Assembly: GCF_009914755.1 (NCBI RefSeq)
Contig: NC_060925.1
Reading direction: 5' to 3' (one strand)
DNA length: 64,000 nt
Source of the DNA: the human T2T-CHM13v2.0 reference genome, Homo sapiens
Below are positions 38,501 through 51,405 of this stretch, piece by piece. Positions within the stretch are counted from its first letter, which is position 1, and each line of letters opens with the position of its first letter. Made by a program: the position numbers and the translations under genes. A model generated the notes under the pieces. The model was given only the letters and a program-made list of their open reading frames with translations. It was not told where the DNA came from and made no database searches.

Positions 38501-39896
38501 CCCAGTTGCCCTCCTCATTCCCCAGGGCAGTGAATCAGGGCTAAGAGTCATGGAAATGACCTTGGTCTTCCTCTCCAGCCCCTCCAAGGGGGAAAGACTA
38601 AACTCAGTGATACCAACTTGAAAAGAAGAAAATCCCACCAATGGGAGCAGAGTAGGCCAATTTGCAATTCCCAATAAGCCCTGCCTGACTGGTTTGGGAC
38701 AAGCAGGCAGTGGGGGAGACCCTCCCTTCTGCACCCTCGCCTGAGTTCTGGGAGCCTCCAGAGGCTTCTTCTGATTCTTTTCCTTAGGCAGAGTTTCTGA
38801 AGAAACTCGGGGGGCACAGTGGTAACTCTCCTCTCCAGCAGTAAGGTCAGGAGGGTGGGTGTGGGAGAGATGGCCCAGCTGAGCCCGGAGCTGGTGCAGG
38901 GTGGTCGCTAGAGCCTCAGGCAACACTGGGTTAAGTCCGTTGTCAAGGGCCCCGAAGGATTAAGCAGGGCTGGAACGTACCATGCTCTGAATCCCTGCTT
39001 CGGTGATGATTCTGAAACTTATAATTTGCAATAAATCTGATGAACTTAGCCCCAGGCAGTTGGAATTAATAAAGTTTTCAGTAGATGTCCATGTTCCGTT
39101 TGAATTCTAGCTCCTGTTAACTCCCCAGTTAATCCTCATGTAATGTCTACCCAAAAATCTCTGTTCTCAATTTCCCACCCACCTTCTAACCTCAGGAAGC
39201 TAATGTTTGAAAATAGCACCCCAAATGAAGAGAACCCCAGCTTCTCTTCGATTGTTCTTTGTGGACCCCTTTACCCTCCCCGAGCTAAATCTGAATCTCC
39301 TTCATGCTGGGAGCTGCAAGCAGGAACCACAATCCCCTTCGGCCTGAAGGGAATGGAGGAGAATGGGGAGGGGCCATGCTATTTGGCCCGCAAGGAAATG
39401 ACAGTGTCTGATCCCCCTTCCTCACCTCCCACTTCTCTACAGGGCTCCTGGTATTGTGACACCAGGGCAGAGGTGGGGACTAGGGAAGGGAAACCACAAC
39501 TTCTAGCTCTGCACCTTGGCTGTGGGCTGAGCACTGGGCTTACGAGGTGCTCAGTTAACTGAAACCAGCGGACCTGTTGGGACATAACACAGAGCACAGC
39601 AGCCTGTGAGCAGTGGCTTTGAAGTATAGTCATAGCCAGTTGTCCTCCGTGTCCCACAAGGATGTCTGTGGAATCTGGTCTCCACCTAGACTGAGGTCCA
39701 GACATGCTCGATTTCCTTTATCATGGTGAAAAGAGCAGGGGTCCCCAGTGCCTAGTGACCACCAGCAAGATGAGGCCCTTAGCGCTGTGGAGCCCCACCC
39801 ACTAGGGTGTGTCTGGACTGCTCAGTGGGAAGGGGCAGGGCTGTCAGTCATTTCCCTCCCTCTGCATCATCACCGACACTCTTCTGGCAACCAGTC

Positions 39897-39902
39897 TTTA
39901 TT
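39897..39902 (-). terminator. MYOG polyadenylation signal
   Basis: AATAAA on the minus strand (plus TTTATT), ~760 nt after the stop codon. Confidence 0.8.
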
Positions 39903-40659
39903 CATTTTTTAAAAAAGGAAATCCAAATAAGTTAGCAAAAAAAAAAAAAAAAAAAAATACAAAACAATGGCAAAACCACACGATGCTTTGTTAACAAAAG
40001 AAATCACCCCCAAGAGGCCCCAACCCCTTTTCCCTGCCTGTCCCCGGCAACTTCAGCACAGGAGACCTTGGTCGGATGGCAGCTTTACAAACAACACACG
40101 AAACAAAACAAAACATAAAACCACTGGAAGGTTCCCAATATTCACTGCAAAAGTTTGGCCCCCCAGGGACTTGGGAACAGAGGGCTGTTCCTCTCCCCTT
40201 CTTCTCTCTCAATTCAGGGCAGGCCCAGCCCAGCCACTGGCATCGGGAAGAGACCAGAACAGGAGACGTGCACAGCTTGTCCAGGTCAGGGCACTGCGTC
40301 TCTCAAACCGTTTCACTTGGGGGGTGGAATTAGAGGCCGCGTTATGATAAAAAGGAAGCTCCTGAGTTTGCCCCCTGAGCTGGGGCATACACGAGGGGGC
40401 GCTCTGGTCCCCTGCTTTACCTCCCTGGAAAGGGGATGCCCTCTCCTCTAAGGAGGCAGCTGAATGAGGGCGTCCAGTCCCTTGCTGGGGGGTGGGTTAA
40501 CCTTACATGGATGAGGAAGGGGATAGTCTGGCCTATGGCACCCCAGAGCTGGCTTCCTAGCATCAGGGCAGCCTGGCTTAGGAGGCCCCTGCTACAGAAG
40601 TAGTGGCATCTGTGGCCAGCTTGGGGGGCTCGCAAGGATGCCCGGCTTGGAAGACAATC

Positions 40660-40781
40660 TCAGTTGGGCATGGTTTCATCTGGGAAGGCCACAGACACAT
40701 CTTCCACTGTGATGCTGTCCACGATGGAGGTGAGGGAGTGCAGGTTGTGGGCATCTGTAGGGTCAGCCGTGAGCAGATGAT
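40660..40781 (-). CDS. MYOG: Myogenin exon 3 coding part ([25 protein letters not shown]...ETMPN*)
   Basis: cttacag|AT CAT; helix III motif [11 protein letters not shown]; total CDS 675 nt = 224 aa. Confidence 0.97.
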
Positions 40782-40940
40782 CTGTAAGGGGAGGTGGGAA
40801 GGTGGTACCTGGGTGAGCAGTGGGGGTTCTTGAGGCCCAGAATAGAGGATGGGACCCTTGGGGTGACAGAGGTTTTCCAGGACAGATGAATGACAAAGCT
40901 CCGGAGTTCTACTCCCTAGTCCCTGCCTTTCCCCATGCTC

Positions 40941-40945
<5 letters not shown>

Positions 40946-40985
<40 letters not shown>
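40946..40985. repeat. (GT)~20 microsatellite in MYOG intron 2
   Basis: uninterrupted gt run. Confidence 0.95.
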
Positions 40986-40988
<3 letters not shown>

Positions 40989-41398
40989 CGCCTCTTTTCT
41001 GAACTCCCCTAGTAGGTAGGGTTTGGAAGCAGCCACTCAAGTTGGAGCAGGATGGAGCTCCCCAGAGACTGGACCTGCCCTTTGCTCGGCCCAGTTTTGC
41101 AGCACTGACTCAGCACTTCACAGGGACCCCTGGGGCAGGGACATTGTCCTCTCTGTGGAGAAGGTCAACCACCAGGCATCAGCTGGGGAGCTGCAGGAGC
41201 TACTATCACTCCTTTGCTGGTCAAGACTGCAGGGGCACACAGAACCTCCCAGCCCACCCTTTGGGCCTTGGAGTCAGCAGGTCCCTAGAGAGACCCAAGG
41301 GAAGAGGACCGGAGCAAGGAATAAGGTAAGAGGGGAGAACCTGGCCCAGGGAGGGACTGAGGGATTGGAGCCAAGGTTACCAGTCAGGCCTCACTTAC

Positions 41399-41480
41399 CC
41401 CCTGGGTTGGCGCTGAACTCCAGTGCACTGCCCCACTCTGGACTGCAGGAGGCGCTGTGAGAGCTGCATTCGCTGGGCAC
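41399..41480 (-). CDS. MYOG: Myogenin exon 2 ([27 protein letters not shown])
   Basis: cttgcag|GTG ... G|gtaagt on minus strand; 82 nt. Confidence 0.97.
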
Positions 41481-42242
41481 CTGCAAGACAGGGCGAAGGC
41501 CCAAGGTCGGGGCACAGCCATTCTTTGATGTCTCTCTCTGCCTAGTCCCAGTGGGCAGAAGTACCTGTGGTGGGGTTGGAGGGTGGGCCACAGGCTGTGG
41601 CCTTCCAGCCCAGGCCATCCCCAACCCCAGAATCTTTGTAACTAGCTCCTCTCACACCCCAGAGGCCCTGCTTCCAGGCCTTCCTGGCTTCCATCCTGGG
41701 TGGTGGTTCTGCTCTCACAGGACACCAGCTTAAAGGGGTCCCTGGTTCTCCTGACTCTGGCGATAAGGGTGATGGAGACAGATTTTGTGGCCCAGTGAAG
41801 GTCGCTCTGTGCAGGCCTGCTGGAGTTCCAATGAGACTGAGTGGGTTTTCTCTCTGCTCAGCCACACCCAGGATGGGGGCAAAGCAGTCTTCTCTGGTGA
41901 ACTTGGCCTGGCCTTTTAGGCTCTGACTCAGGCACTGGGATTAATCCTCACCCTCACCTGGGCTGACTGTGGCCTTGCTCCTGATCTTTCTTCAGTCCTA
42001 TGTTCCCCACCCCAACCCCTTCTGCACTTCCTCCCCACTGCCTTTATCTTGTCTGGAAAGAACACAGGACACAGGAGGTCAGCTGGATAGCCCAGCTCTG
42101 ACCAGGGAAGGGCTCCTGCAGCCCCTCGACCCTGTCTGGCACCTGCTCCAACCCTCTGAGCCCCTCTTGGGGTCTTGAGGCTGTCCAGGTGCCTCCCTCT
42201 GGCCCCGTCCCCTTGGGGCAGGGGGATGGGATGGCCACTTAC

Positions 42243-42713
42243 CCCTGGCTGGGGCCCGCCCCCGCCCCGGTAGCGGAGGTCACGCTCCTCCTGGTTGAGG
42301 GAGCTGAGCAGGGCCTGGAGGCGCTCGATGTACTGGATGGCACTGCGCAGGATCTCCACCTTGGGCAGCCGCTGGTTGGGGTTGAGCAGGGTGCTTCTCT
42401 TCAGGGCCTCGAAGGCCTCATTCACCTTCTTGAGCCTGCGCTTCTCCCTCAGTGTGGCCGCCCGCCGCCGGTCCACGGACACCGACTTCCTCTTACACAC
42501 CTTACACGCCCACGGCAGGCACTGGCCTGGACAGTGCTCGGGGGTCCCCAGCCCCTTGTCCTCAAGGGGCCCTGGGGCCTCGGGGCTCAGGGTGAGCTCC
42601 GTCCGCTCGTAGCCTGGTGGTTCGAAGCCCTGGAGGTGGACAGGCAGGTAGTTTTCCCCATCATAGAAGCGGGGTTCCTGGTAGAAGTAGGGGGATGTCT
42701 CATACAGCTCCAT
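42243..42713 (-). CDS. MYOG: Myogenin exon 1 coding part (basic domain and bHLH)
   Basis: [22 protein letters not shown]...[12 protein letters not shown]...[25 protein letters not shown]...[18 protein letters not shown]; 471 nt; donor GGG|gtaagt. Confidence 0.99.
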
Positions 42714-42771
42714 GGGGTCGGAAAGGGCTTGTTCCTGCCACCAGCCCCCAAGCTCCAGCAGCCCCTCACGC

Positions 42772-42880
42772 CAACTGCTGGGTGCCATTTAAACCCTCCC
42801 CGCTGGCATGGAACCAGAGATAAATATAGCCAACGCCACAGAAACCTGAGCCCCCTCTAAGCTGTTGCTGCACATCAAGG
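42772..42880 (-). promoter_or_regulatory. MYOG proximal promoter
   Basis: Minus-strand motifs in the known order: E-box CAGTTG (42772-42777), TATA TTTAAAT (42787-42793), NFI-like (42804-42816), MEF2 CTATATTTAT (42820-42829), MEF3/Six TCAGGTTTC (42841-42849), Pbx/Meis TTGATGTGCAG (42868-42878). Confidence 0.93.
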
Positions 42881-44555
42881 CGTTTACAGTGGATTAGATG
42901 TGATTCCCCTTCTTTCTCCCGCATGGCCCCCACCCCACCCTGCCAGCCTGCCCCTGGCCCAGGCGGGCTCCTGTGCACGGGTCGGGAGGCCGTCGGGTGT
43001 AATTTGATTAGTTTTCATTTCTCAGCAGCCCCTGTGGGGCAGGGGCGTTGGGGGAGGACACATTCCCCTCTCATCTGCTCCTTTCAATTACTCCTAGCTG
43101 GGCGGCCTGCCTGCTGTCTCCTTGCAGTCCCGAAGAAGCTGGTGGGTATAGGGGGAGGAGGGAACAAGGAAGGGTAGGCTTAGGCTGGAAGGGGCCTTAA
43201 GAGCCAACTTATCCATCTCCTTGCTTCCTGACAGCACCTTAACCACACTACATCAGTCGATGAGACTCTTTTAAAGACTTCCCTCCGGAAAGAATGGGAC
43301 TGCTTCAGATTCTGGGCATTCATGGGCACTCAGTATCCAGGGATAAGAAGGATCAAGACTCAGAGCAGCTAACAGATTCCACTTTTGGGGTTCCCAAGCA
43401 GCTTTGAGCTGTATGTTCTCTTAGGTCTCATCTGGGGGGGTAAATTGAGGCAAGAGAAATTATTTGGGTTTTGGTTTTCTTGGCAGGGGTAAAGAGAAAT
43501 TTCCTCTTTAATACAGCAGCCGTGGTCAGAGCAGAGATTAGAATTTACAGCCTACACGTTGCCACCTTCCCCAGAGCGGCAAGGTCAAGATGTCCTAAGC
43601 TCCCTGTCTCCTCCCTGTCTCACTCCGGACCATTGATCTGTCCTTCTATGTTACCTCCTCAACTCTTTTTCCAACACCAGAATTTTCCTGGCTCATTAAT
43701 GTGGACGGGGGTGAAAAAGTAGAAAAAACAGAGCCCTTCAAACTCAGTTTAAATCTCCTCTCTCCTTGGCCACCGGGCTTGGTTGTTCTGCCTCTTACTG
43801 TCTGAGCCATCAATTTTACACGTATCATGCAGGTCTCAAATGTCAGGTAGAGCAGGGACTATTTAATCTTCAGGCCTCTCAGGCCATGGTCACCTCTCAG
43901 TAGGTGCCTCAGGGTCTGAGAGGACAAATTCCTTCCAATGCAGTGGGCAGACCTTAGACACTAGCAGTGAACAAGGCTCAGTCTTAGGGCTGGGGATTAT
44001 AGGGACACCCCAGACAGGATCCCTGCCCTCGAACTTACCATCTGATAGACAACGGTGATCACCTCTTTCTACCTAGCCCCTGATGCCCAAATCTCCTCCG
44101 AGGCGGCTACTGTTCAGCTTCTGCTCGCGTCAGGAGACAGCCCGTTCCATTGACGTGTAGCTTTGGGCTGCAATCTGCTCCCTCTATCTTTTATCCTTTG
44201 TTCCCAGTTTTTTCCTCCCCATAGACTAATGTCCTGCTCCTTATCCTACGACAGATCAAACTGACAAGTTCAAGCCAGTGGCAAGGACAATAAGAGGAAG
44301 GGGAACCCTGCTGGGGACTCATGGGAGACTTCACAGGGAACATGAGATCTGCGAGGCATGTGAAGAACCAGTGTTCCTTCCTCTCATTATTCACAGCAGG
44401 GAGCCAGGAGAATTCTGATGTCCTTTTGGGACAGGAAATGGAGGGAAGGAGGGAACATAGCTGGACAACAAAAGAACCCTAAGCATGTTGAGGGAGAGCA
44501 GTGAGGTCTTAATTCTGTTCTTGGCCTTACCAGCATGATAGAAAGTAGCAGCATA

Positions 44556-44832
44556 GGCCGGGCGTGGTGGCTCATGCCTGTAGTCCTAGCACTTTGGGAG
44601 GCCAAGGCGGGTGGATCACGAGGTCAGGAGTTCAAGACCAGCCTGGCCAAGATGGTGAAACCCTGTCTCTACTAAAAATACAAAAATTAGCCAGGCATGG
44701 TGGTGGGCACTGTAATCCCAGCTACTTGGGAGGCTGAGGCAGGGAATTACTTGAACTCAGGAGGAGGAGGTTGCAGTGAGCCGAGTTCGCACCACTGTAC
44801 TCCAGTCTGGGTGACACAGCGAGACTCTGCCT

Positions 44833-44868
<36 letters not shown>
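44556..44868 (+). mobile_element. Alu (AluS-like), full length
   Basis: ggccgggcgtggtggctc...; A35 tail; TSD AAAGTAGCAGCATA (44542-44555 / 44866-44879). Confidence 0.95.
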
Positions 44869-44871
<3 letters not shown>

Positions 44872-47800
44872 GCAGCATAGGTACTGTGTGGGTTCTAAAC
44901 TTTGCTTTCCCCTGACCAGCTGGGCTGAAGAAGAGTCTCTATTTCTAACACATCCCCTGCCAAACAAAAAAGAAAAAAAAAGCCTCAGTTTACCCTCCAG
45001 TCCTATGAGCCCTGAGAAAAGAAGTCATGTTGAAGCCACTATAGGAACCCCCATATTTGCATCTTTTGTTATTCCAGGATCCAGTGTGACTTACCTCTAA
45101 ATAATGTGTCTTCTTCCTCTAAAATGGAGGCAGAGCTGGCTTGCTCTATGGTGGTTTCCAGACCTTACTGTCTAGTTGGTGAGCATGGGTTGACATGTGA
45201 AAGCTGGATTACAAGACAAGGGAGAGCTATGTTGATTCTACAGCAAACATGGGGGCTTTAATCAATTGCAAACCAGTAGTTTCTTCAAAAGCGTTTCGGG
45301 AATTTTTGGGAAGCCAAAACTGCTGAAGACTGGTGCTCTGCAGAAGGCTTGGGGAGCATGCTGGGCCAGCTCTTGGAGAACTGGTAGGATTCAGATGAGG
45401 AGAGGGGAGCAGGGGAAGGGGACGTTGGGTAGGCTGTTTGTATGGAGCTTGGGGTTCAGGTAAGGGGGTGATTTGAGACAAACTTGCACAGAGGGGAGGA
45501 GGCCCAGCTGGGCAGGGAAGGACTTGAGAGCTGAGGCAAGGAGACCGCACAGAACAGTGTGATGGTCATCCAGGAATGAGATGATGAAGGTCTGAACAAC
45601 CTCTTCAGAGGCAGGAGGATGGATTCGACTGGGAGAGGGTGCATGTTTCAGGCTAGCAAAGGATGGCGAGTATGCAAGCAATAGGGGAATGGCTGTATTA
45701 AATGATAGGGTACTTGGCACATGGATACACCTGGTAAATGTTATTCCCTTTTCTTGCTTTGTCTTCTCTTCTACTTCTGTGTGCCCTGCAGGGGACCACA
45801 GCAGCAGGAATGGAGGAGGGAAAACCTGGCTCCACCCCGAATGTGTTTATTCATTCATTCATTTTTTTTTCTATCAAGTACTGTGCATTCAGCACCTTGT
45901 GCCAGGTGCTGGGGTTACTAAGACATGCCCTCTCTGCCTTCAGCATGTTCACTGATGAGTAAGGAGAATGAGTACACAAAGTCATCTAACCAAGGTAGAA
46001 ACAGCAGGCTAGAGAAAGTGCTGACGTAATCCAGAGAAGGAATTTATTAATTCACTCCTTCATCTGCTCAACACATATTTACTGAGAACCCACTCTGTGT
46101 CAGTTCCCTGGCTGGGACCTGACCTGGGGCAAGAGCAGTGCCTAGACTCGGCGCTTGCCTGCAGAAGCTCTGTTGGGCATGCATTTGGCCTTGTGTCTGG
46201 ATGATGTTTGCCTCTGACCAAACATGAGGGCAGAGCCGGGAGGTTAGGGTGACCTTGTGTGCCTGGTTTCTGTGAATCCCTGTCTCTGTGTGTGTTTGTG
46301 TATGTCTGAGTACAGTGGTTTGGGGACCACGTCAAAGCCCGATGTGGGGCACAGACCCTCTTGGTCTGAGCTGATAGAGTGACCCAGGTGTCTTTGACCT
46401 GTCCATACCCTGATGGGGGGGATTGGCCCTGTACCCATCTTGTTCTTCTCTCAGAGCCGAGCTGTGGAGACGCCTCATCTAGAGGCTTGGTCCTCCTCCC
46501 CTTGTACACCCCTCCACCCCCACAAGCTGCCCTCTGATGGATGGGAACACATTGGTGCCAAGCACAGAACAGCCTTTGTGCTCCGCCACCAGCGGCAATC
46601 CATCAGCTCCAACCTGACAGCAGGGCGTCCGGCCCTAATCCCCATCCCTGCTGGCTTGGGCACACAGGGCCCCCTGCCCTGACTGTAGCCTCCTCCTCCA
46701 GCAGTCCTGCGCCCTCCAGAGGAAGCCCTTATCCCCTACTGGGGCTCCAGGGCCACATTGTTGGCTCCCCAACCCTGACTGTTTCAACTTGATTCTGTCT
46801 ATTTGCACGCTGGGCTGATGTCATTTGCATGGTAGCGGCTGGATTTCAAAATGCTCAGAAATCCCCTTCACCTGCTCCCTGCTCCTTACTACCCCTTCTG
46901 CTGCACACCCAGTCACAGCCCTCTGGCCTTCAGCATCTTCTAGTCCCTGCTGATTTTGCAGGTGGGCTGACCTGGGCTGCCATGGTGCTTGGCTAAAATC
47001 AAAGCAATTTTTCCATTCTGGATTCTCATGTGCTTGGGAATAGAGGAGCAAGAAGGAGAAGGGTCTGGAAGGGTGGGGGCCTCTGGCTGCTCCAAACAGG
47101 TCTCACCATATATTTTCCTAGGCTGGGTCTCTGGGTATTATTGATGAGGATGAGGTCGGGGGTGGGGGGGGGGGTGGGTGGGGGGTGGCAAATGCTTGTG
47201 CATTTCAATAGGACATAGATGCATAAAAATTACATGCAAATCAGCATTGATTATTTGTGGGGCAGTAGCTTTGCAGCAAGATGAGAACAGATCACAGAAT
47301 CACAGAAAGTCAGAGCTGCAAGGCAGTCTAGAATCCACTAGTCCACCTTCTTCCTCCACACATGGGGAAATGGAGGCCCAGAGAAGGGAAGTGACTTGCC
47401 CAAGCGTACAGAGGATGAGTGTCAGAAGTGTGAAGGGTGCCTGTTCTGAATCCCAGAGCCTCCTCTCCCTCTGTGAGGCTGGCAGGTGAGGAAGGGTAAG
47501 TAGTAAGCAGCAAGTGAGTAGATATTTCCCGGTGGGCCTGGGGCCACAAGTAGGCAGACAGTGAGGGGTTGGAGAGTTTGAATGGAGGGTTTAGAGAGAC
47601 ATCAGGAGAGGTACTGCTGGAGAGATGAAAAGAAGATACAGGAGAGGTGTGAGAGAGAGAGTGGGCTGGAGGTGCCAGGCAGAGGCCTGAGGGATTGAGA
47701 CAGGGGAGATTTGGAGGCAGATGCCAGGATTGAGATGTGAGGAGGAAGGGAGGGTCCCCCCTCCACCAGGCCTCTGAAGCCACACGTTGTTTCCATGGAG

Positions 47801-50078
47801 GACTGAGCATCGGATGACCACTGGGAAATCCCGTCCCTGCCTGGAATCTGATGCTCAGAGCCAGGATCATTCTTCAAGAATTTCTGGCTTTAGGGTGTGG
47901 GAAGGTGCAGACCCGGAGGTGGAAGGGGTTGGGTTGGAGGAGAGTGGGTGAGGGTCAAGGGGAGGTGATTGGTGGAGACAAAGCAGAGAGCTGGTTTTAA
48001 AAATAACCAGAACTAGGCTTAGCACTGTGAACTGGGGACCTGGCTCTGGTGGGGCCTTTGGAAATACGGGCAGGGATTTCTTACAAGTATCCTACGTTCC
48101 TATGGGAACAGGGCCTTTGGGCCTTCAGCTCCTGGTTAGGACAAATACTATCAGGACACGGAGGGAAAGTAGAAGACGGAGCCCTGGATAAGGCAGGGCA
48201 TGTTGCTGTTCTGTCTCCTCTCTGGTTCTCAATTTCCCCATCTGTAAACCAAGATGCCGAACTGACTGGTCAGGATGCCTTTTTTTTTTTTTTTTTTCTG
48301 ACTTAGCATGTGCATCTGGAGGAAGTGCTCATGGAGTCAGGGTAGGAGGACTGTTTTGTATGAACCAGGTTTAGCTCTGAAGACTCACAGGATCAGAGAG
48401 GGTAGATTTCTAGAGATATTTTGTCCTTTTCCCATCTCCACTTCGGCTCCCAGGTTTAACCTCACTGGAAGGTAACCAGATGGTTCTCTGGACCCATTTC
48501 CACCTACTTAGAACTGCTCGGCATATATTTGTCATACTCACTTGTGGATTTGCCCCCCTGGCTGTCCCCTTCCCTGCTACTCCCTCCCACCCCCCAAATC
48601 TGCCCTGTCTGTGGGTTCAGAAGCCCTAGCATGCCACCACCCCCTCCATTCCCTGGACTGCATCTATTTCTGCCTGTTTGACAAGTTGTAACATATTTGC
48701 AAGCAGCTGCTGCCTGGGTGGAGATGCCTTTGCTTTCCTCCCAGCTCTGTCCTCTCCTCCCCAGTCCCTCTCCGGAGAGCCACCCCTTCCCAGAATGTGC
48801 CCTATGACCCTCCCTACATTCTCCTCTCTGGGACTCAGACATCCACCATTTCCTAGGTTTCTGCAGGGGTGGCCAAGGCTCTACATTGATACAGAGGGAG
48901 TCTTCTGGGATAGAAAGTCACGTGGCCAGTGGTGGGGGGTGGATCTCTTCTATTAAGTCCCAGGCTGTATGGTTTGAGGCAATTCTCTTTCACTGTGGGC
49001 TTCGTTTTTCTATCTTTAAAGTGCGGTGACGAATCATGTCTCTTCCCTACCCGTCATAAGTAACTTTGCCACCTATTAACTGTAGAGACTTGGGGAACTC
49101 TGCCAGTGCTATTGATCCCATTACTCTTATCTCCTCTGAGGACTTCATTCCGTTGTTCCTGTCTGCTGGGCTTTCCTAAGAGCCTATAAACATGCTGAAG
49201 TCTGTCCTGTCAAAAAAAAAAAAAAAAATTCCTTCTCTTTTCCATGGAGCCTCCTCAGCTAGGGCTGGAAAACTAACCTTCCCTTCTTCACCAAATTTCT
49301 AGAAAGAGGAGTCTACACTTACTCTTTCCACTTCCTCACTTCTCATTTGCTTGTCTACTTATTGGCTTCTACCTTCCCAAGTTACTAAAATGGGTCTTCC
49401 CAAAATCAGAGACCCTCACTGGGCACCATCGCCTGGATATTTCTCAGTTTTAATTTTACATGATTGGTCTGTGTCATTTGACAATGTTGACCATGCTTCT
49501 CGTGAAACTCTCTGCTTTCTTAGCTTCCACGACCCCTTCCTCTCCTGGCTCTTCTCTAACTTTTCTCACCATTTCTCCTCCTCTCTTTGCTTCCTCTCTC
49601 CTCTCCTCTTTGTTCTTTTCATGCACTTCACCCCTGCCCACCCTTTAAGAAGGATTTTTAATTTTTAGTCTGCTTTTTTACAGTTTCCCTTTGTAATCTC
49701 GTTCTTTCACCTAGTTTAACTACCATGTGTATAAATGCTTGATAAATGTTAACGTCTCTTAACTTTATGTACTAAATTATGTATTTATGTTATGTATTAA
49801 TTACTCCCAAGTCTATATTCTAGCCTCTGCCTCTTCCCTGAGCTGGATCACATATCCAAGGTGCTAGTAGACTTCTCTACTTCCATGTCATGCGGACTCC
49901 TAAAATTAAATTTATCTGATAAAGAATTCACTCACTCTGTCCTCCATTCCAATATCCCCCTTACTGGTGACTGATGCCACCACCCACCCAGTAATTGCTC
50001 TTCATTTCTTATCCTTCCACATCTAATTGTTCAACAAGTCCAACAATCCCTGCTGTCTTCTTCGTCTCAACAATTCCT

Positions 50079-50410
50079 AGGCCAGGTATGGTGGCTCATG
50101 TTTGTAATCTCAACACTTTGGGAGGCCAAGGTGGGAGGATCACTTGAGTCTAGGAGTTAGAGACCAGCCTGGGCAACATGATGAGATTCTGTCTCTACAA
50201 GAAATAATTTTTAAAAATTGGGTGAGCATGACGGAGTATGCCTGTAGTCCTAGCTACTCTGGAGGCTGAGGTAGGAGGACTGCTCAAGCCCAAGAGGTCT
50301 GAGGCAGCAGTGAGTCGTGATCACACCACTGCACCCCCAGCCTGGGTGGCAGAGTGAGACCCTGTCTCAAACAAAACAAAACAAAACAAAACTACACAAA
50401 ACAAAAAAGC
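50079..50410 (+). mobile_element. Alu (AluJ-like)
   Basis: ggccaggtatggtggctc...gggaggatcacttgag; (CAAAA)n tail. Confidence 0.9.
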
Positions 50411-50798
50411 CCCAAACAATTCCTAGATTCACATAGGGCCAGGGATTTTTTCAATTCCACCAGCCAAAGTGAGAGGCCTCATTAAAGACATGGGGCATTT
50501 AACTGAGATTACAAAAGGGTCACACCTTAGTAATAAAAGCTACTCTAGATCTGCCTTCAAAAAGTTTCAAACAAGCCTCAAAAGCATCAAATTAATTTAG
50601 CTGTCTTCCAAAACAAAGTCCAATACTTTTTAAAGGATTATAACAAAATCTAACCACTCAGTTGTGTAAAATTCACAGTGAGTCACCCAATAAAAAATTA
50701 GCAGACAGCAAAGAAGCAGGGGAAAATGTGACTCATAATCAGGAGAAAAATCAATTAATTGATATAGACCCAGAAATGGTAGGAACGTGCTATAATTA

Positions 50799-51107
<309 letters not shown>

Positions 51108-51164
51108 ACTTAGCAGATAGGAAGGAATCCTATAAAAAGGAATCAGACTTTCACTGGATAGTAT

Positions 51165-51374
51165 TACTTATTAGTCTGCTCAGGCTGCCATAACAAAATA
51201 CCTAAGACTGGGTAGTTTAAACAACAGACTTTTATTTTCTCACAGCTCTGGAGGCTGGAAGTCTGAGATTAGGGTGCCAGCATGGTCAGATTTTGGTGAG
51301 GGCTCTCTTCCTGGCTTGCAGATGACTACCTTCATGCCCTCATGATTACCTGGCCTTTCTTTGGTGTGTGGATG

Positions 51375-51405
<31 letters not shown>

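Noticed and set aside
38201-38926. 241-aa intergenic ORF on the minus strand
   Set aside because: Non-ATG start, no recognisable domain and no supporting splice or promoter structure; likely chance.
41928-42788. 286-aa ORF suggesting an N- and C-extended myogenin
   Set aside because: The ATG at 42788 overlaps the TATA box, upstream of the expected TSS, and the C-terminal part is read-through into intron 1. The spliced CDS is 224 aa.
42189-42860. 223-aa ORF antisense to MYOG exon 1
   Set aside because: Typical antisense shadow of a GC3-rich coding exon.
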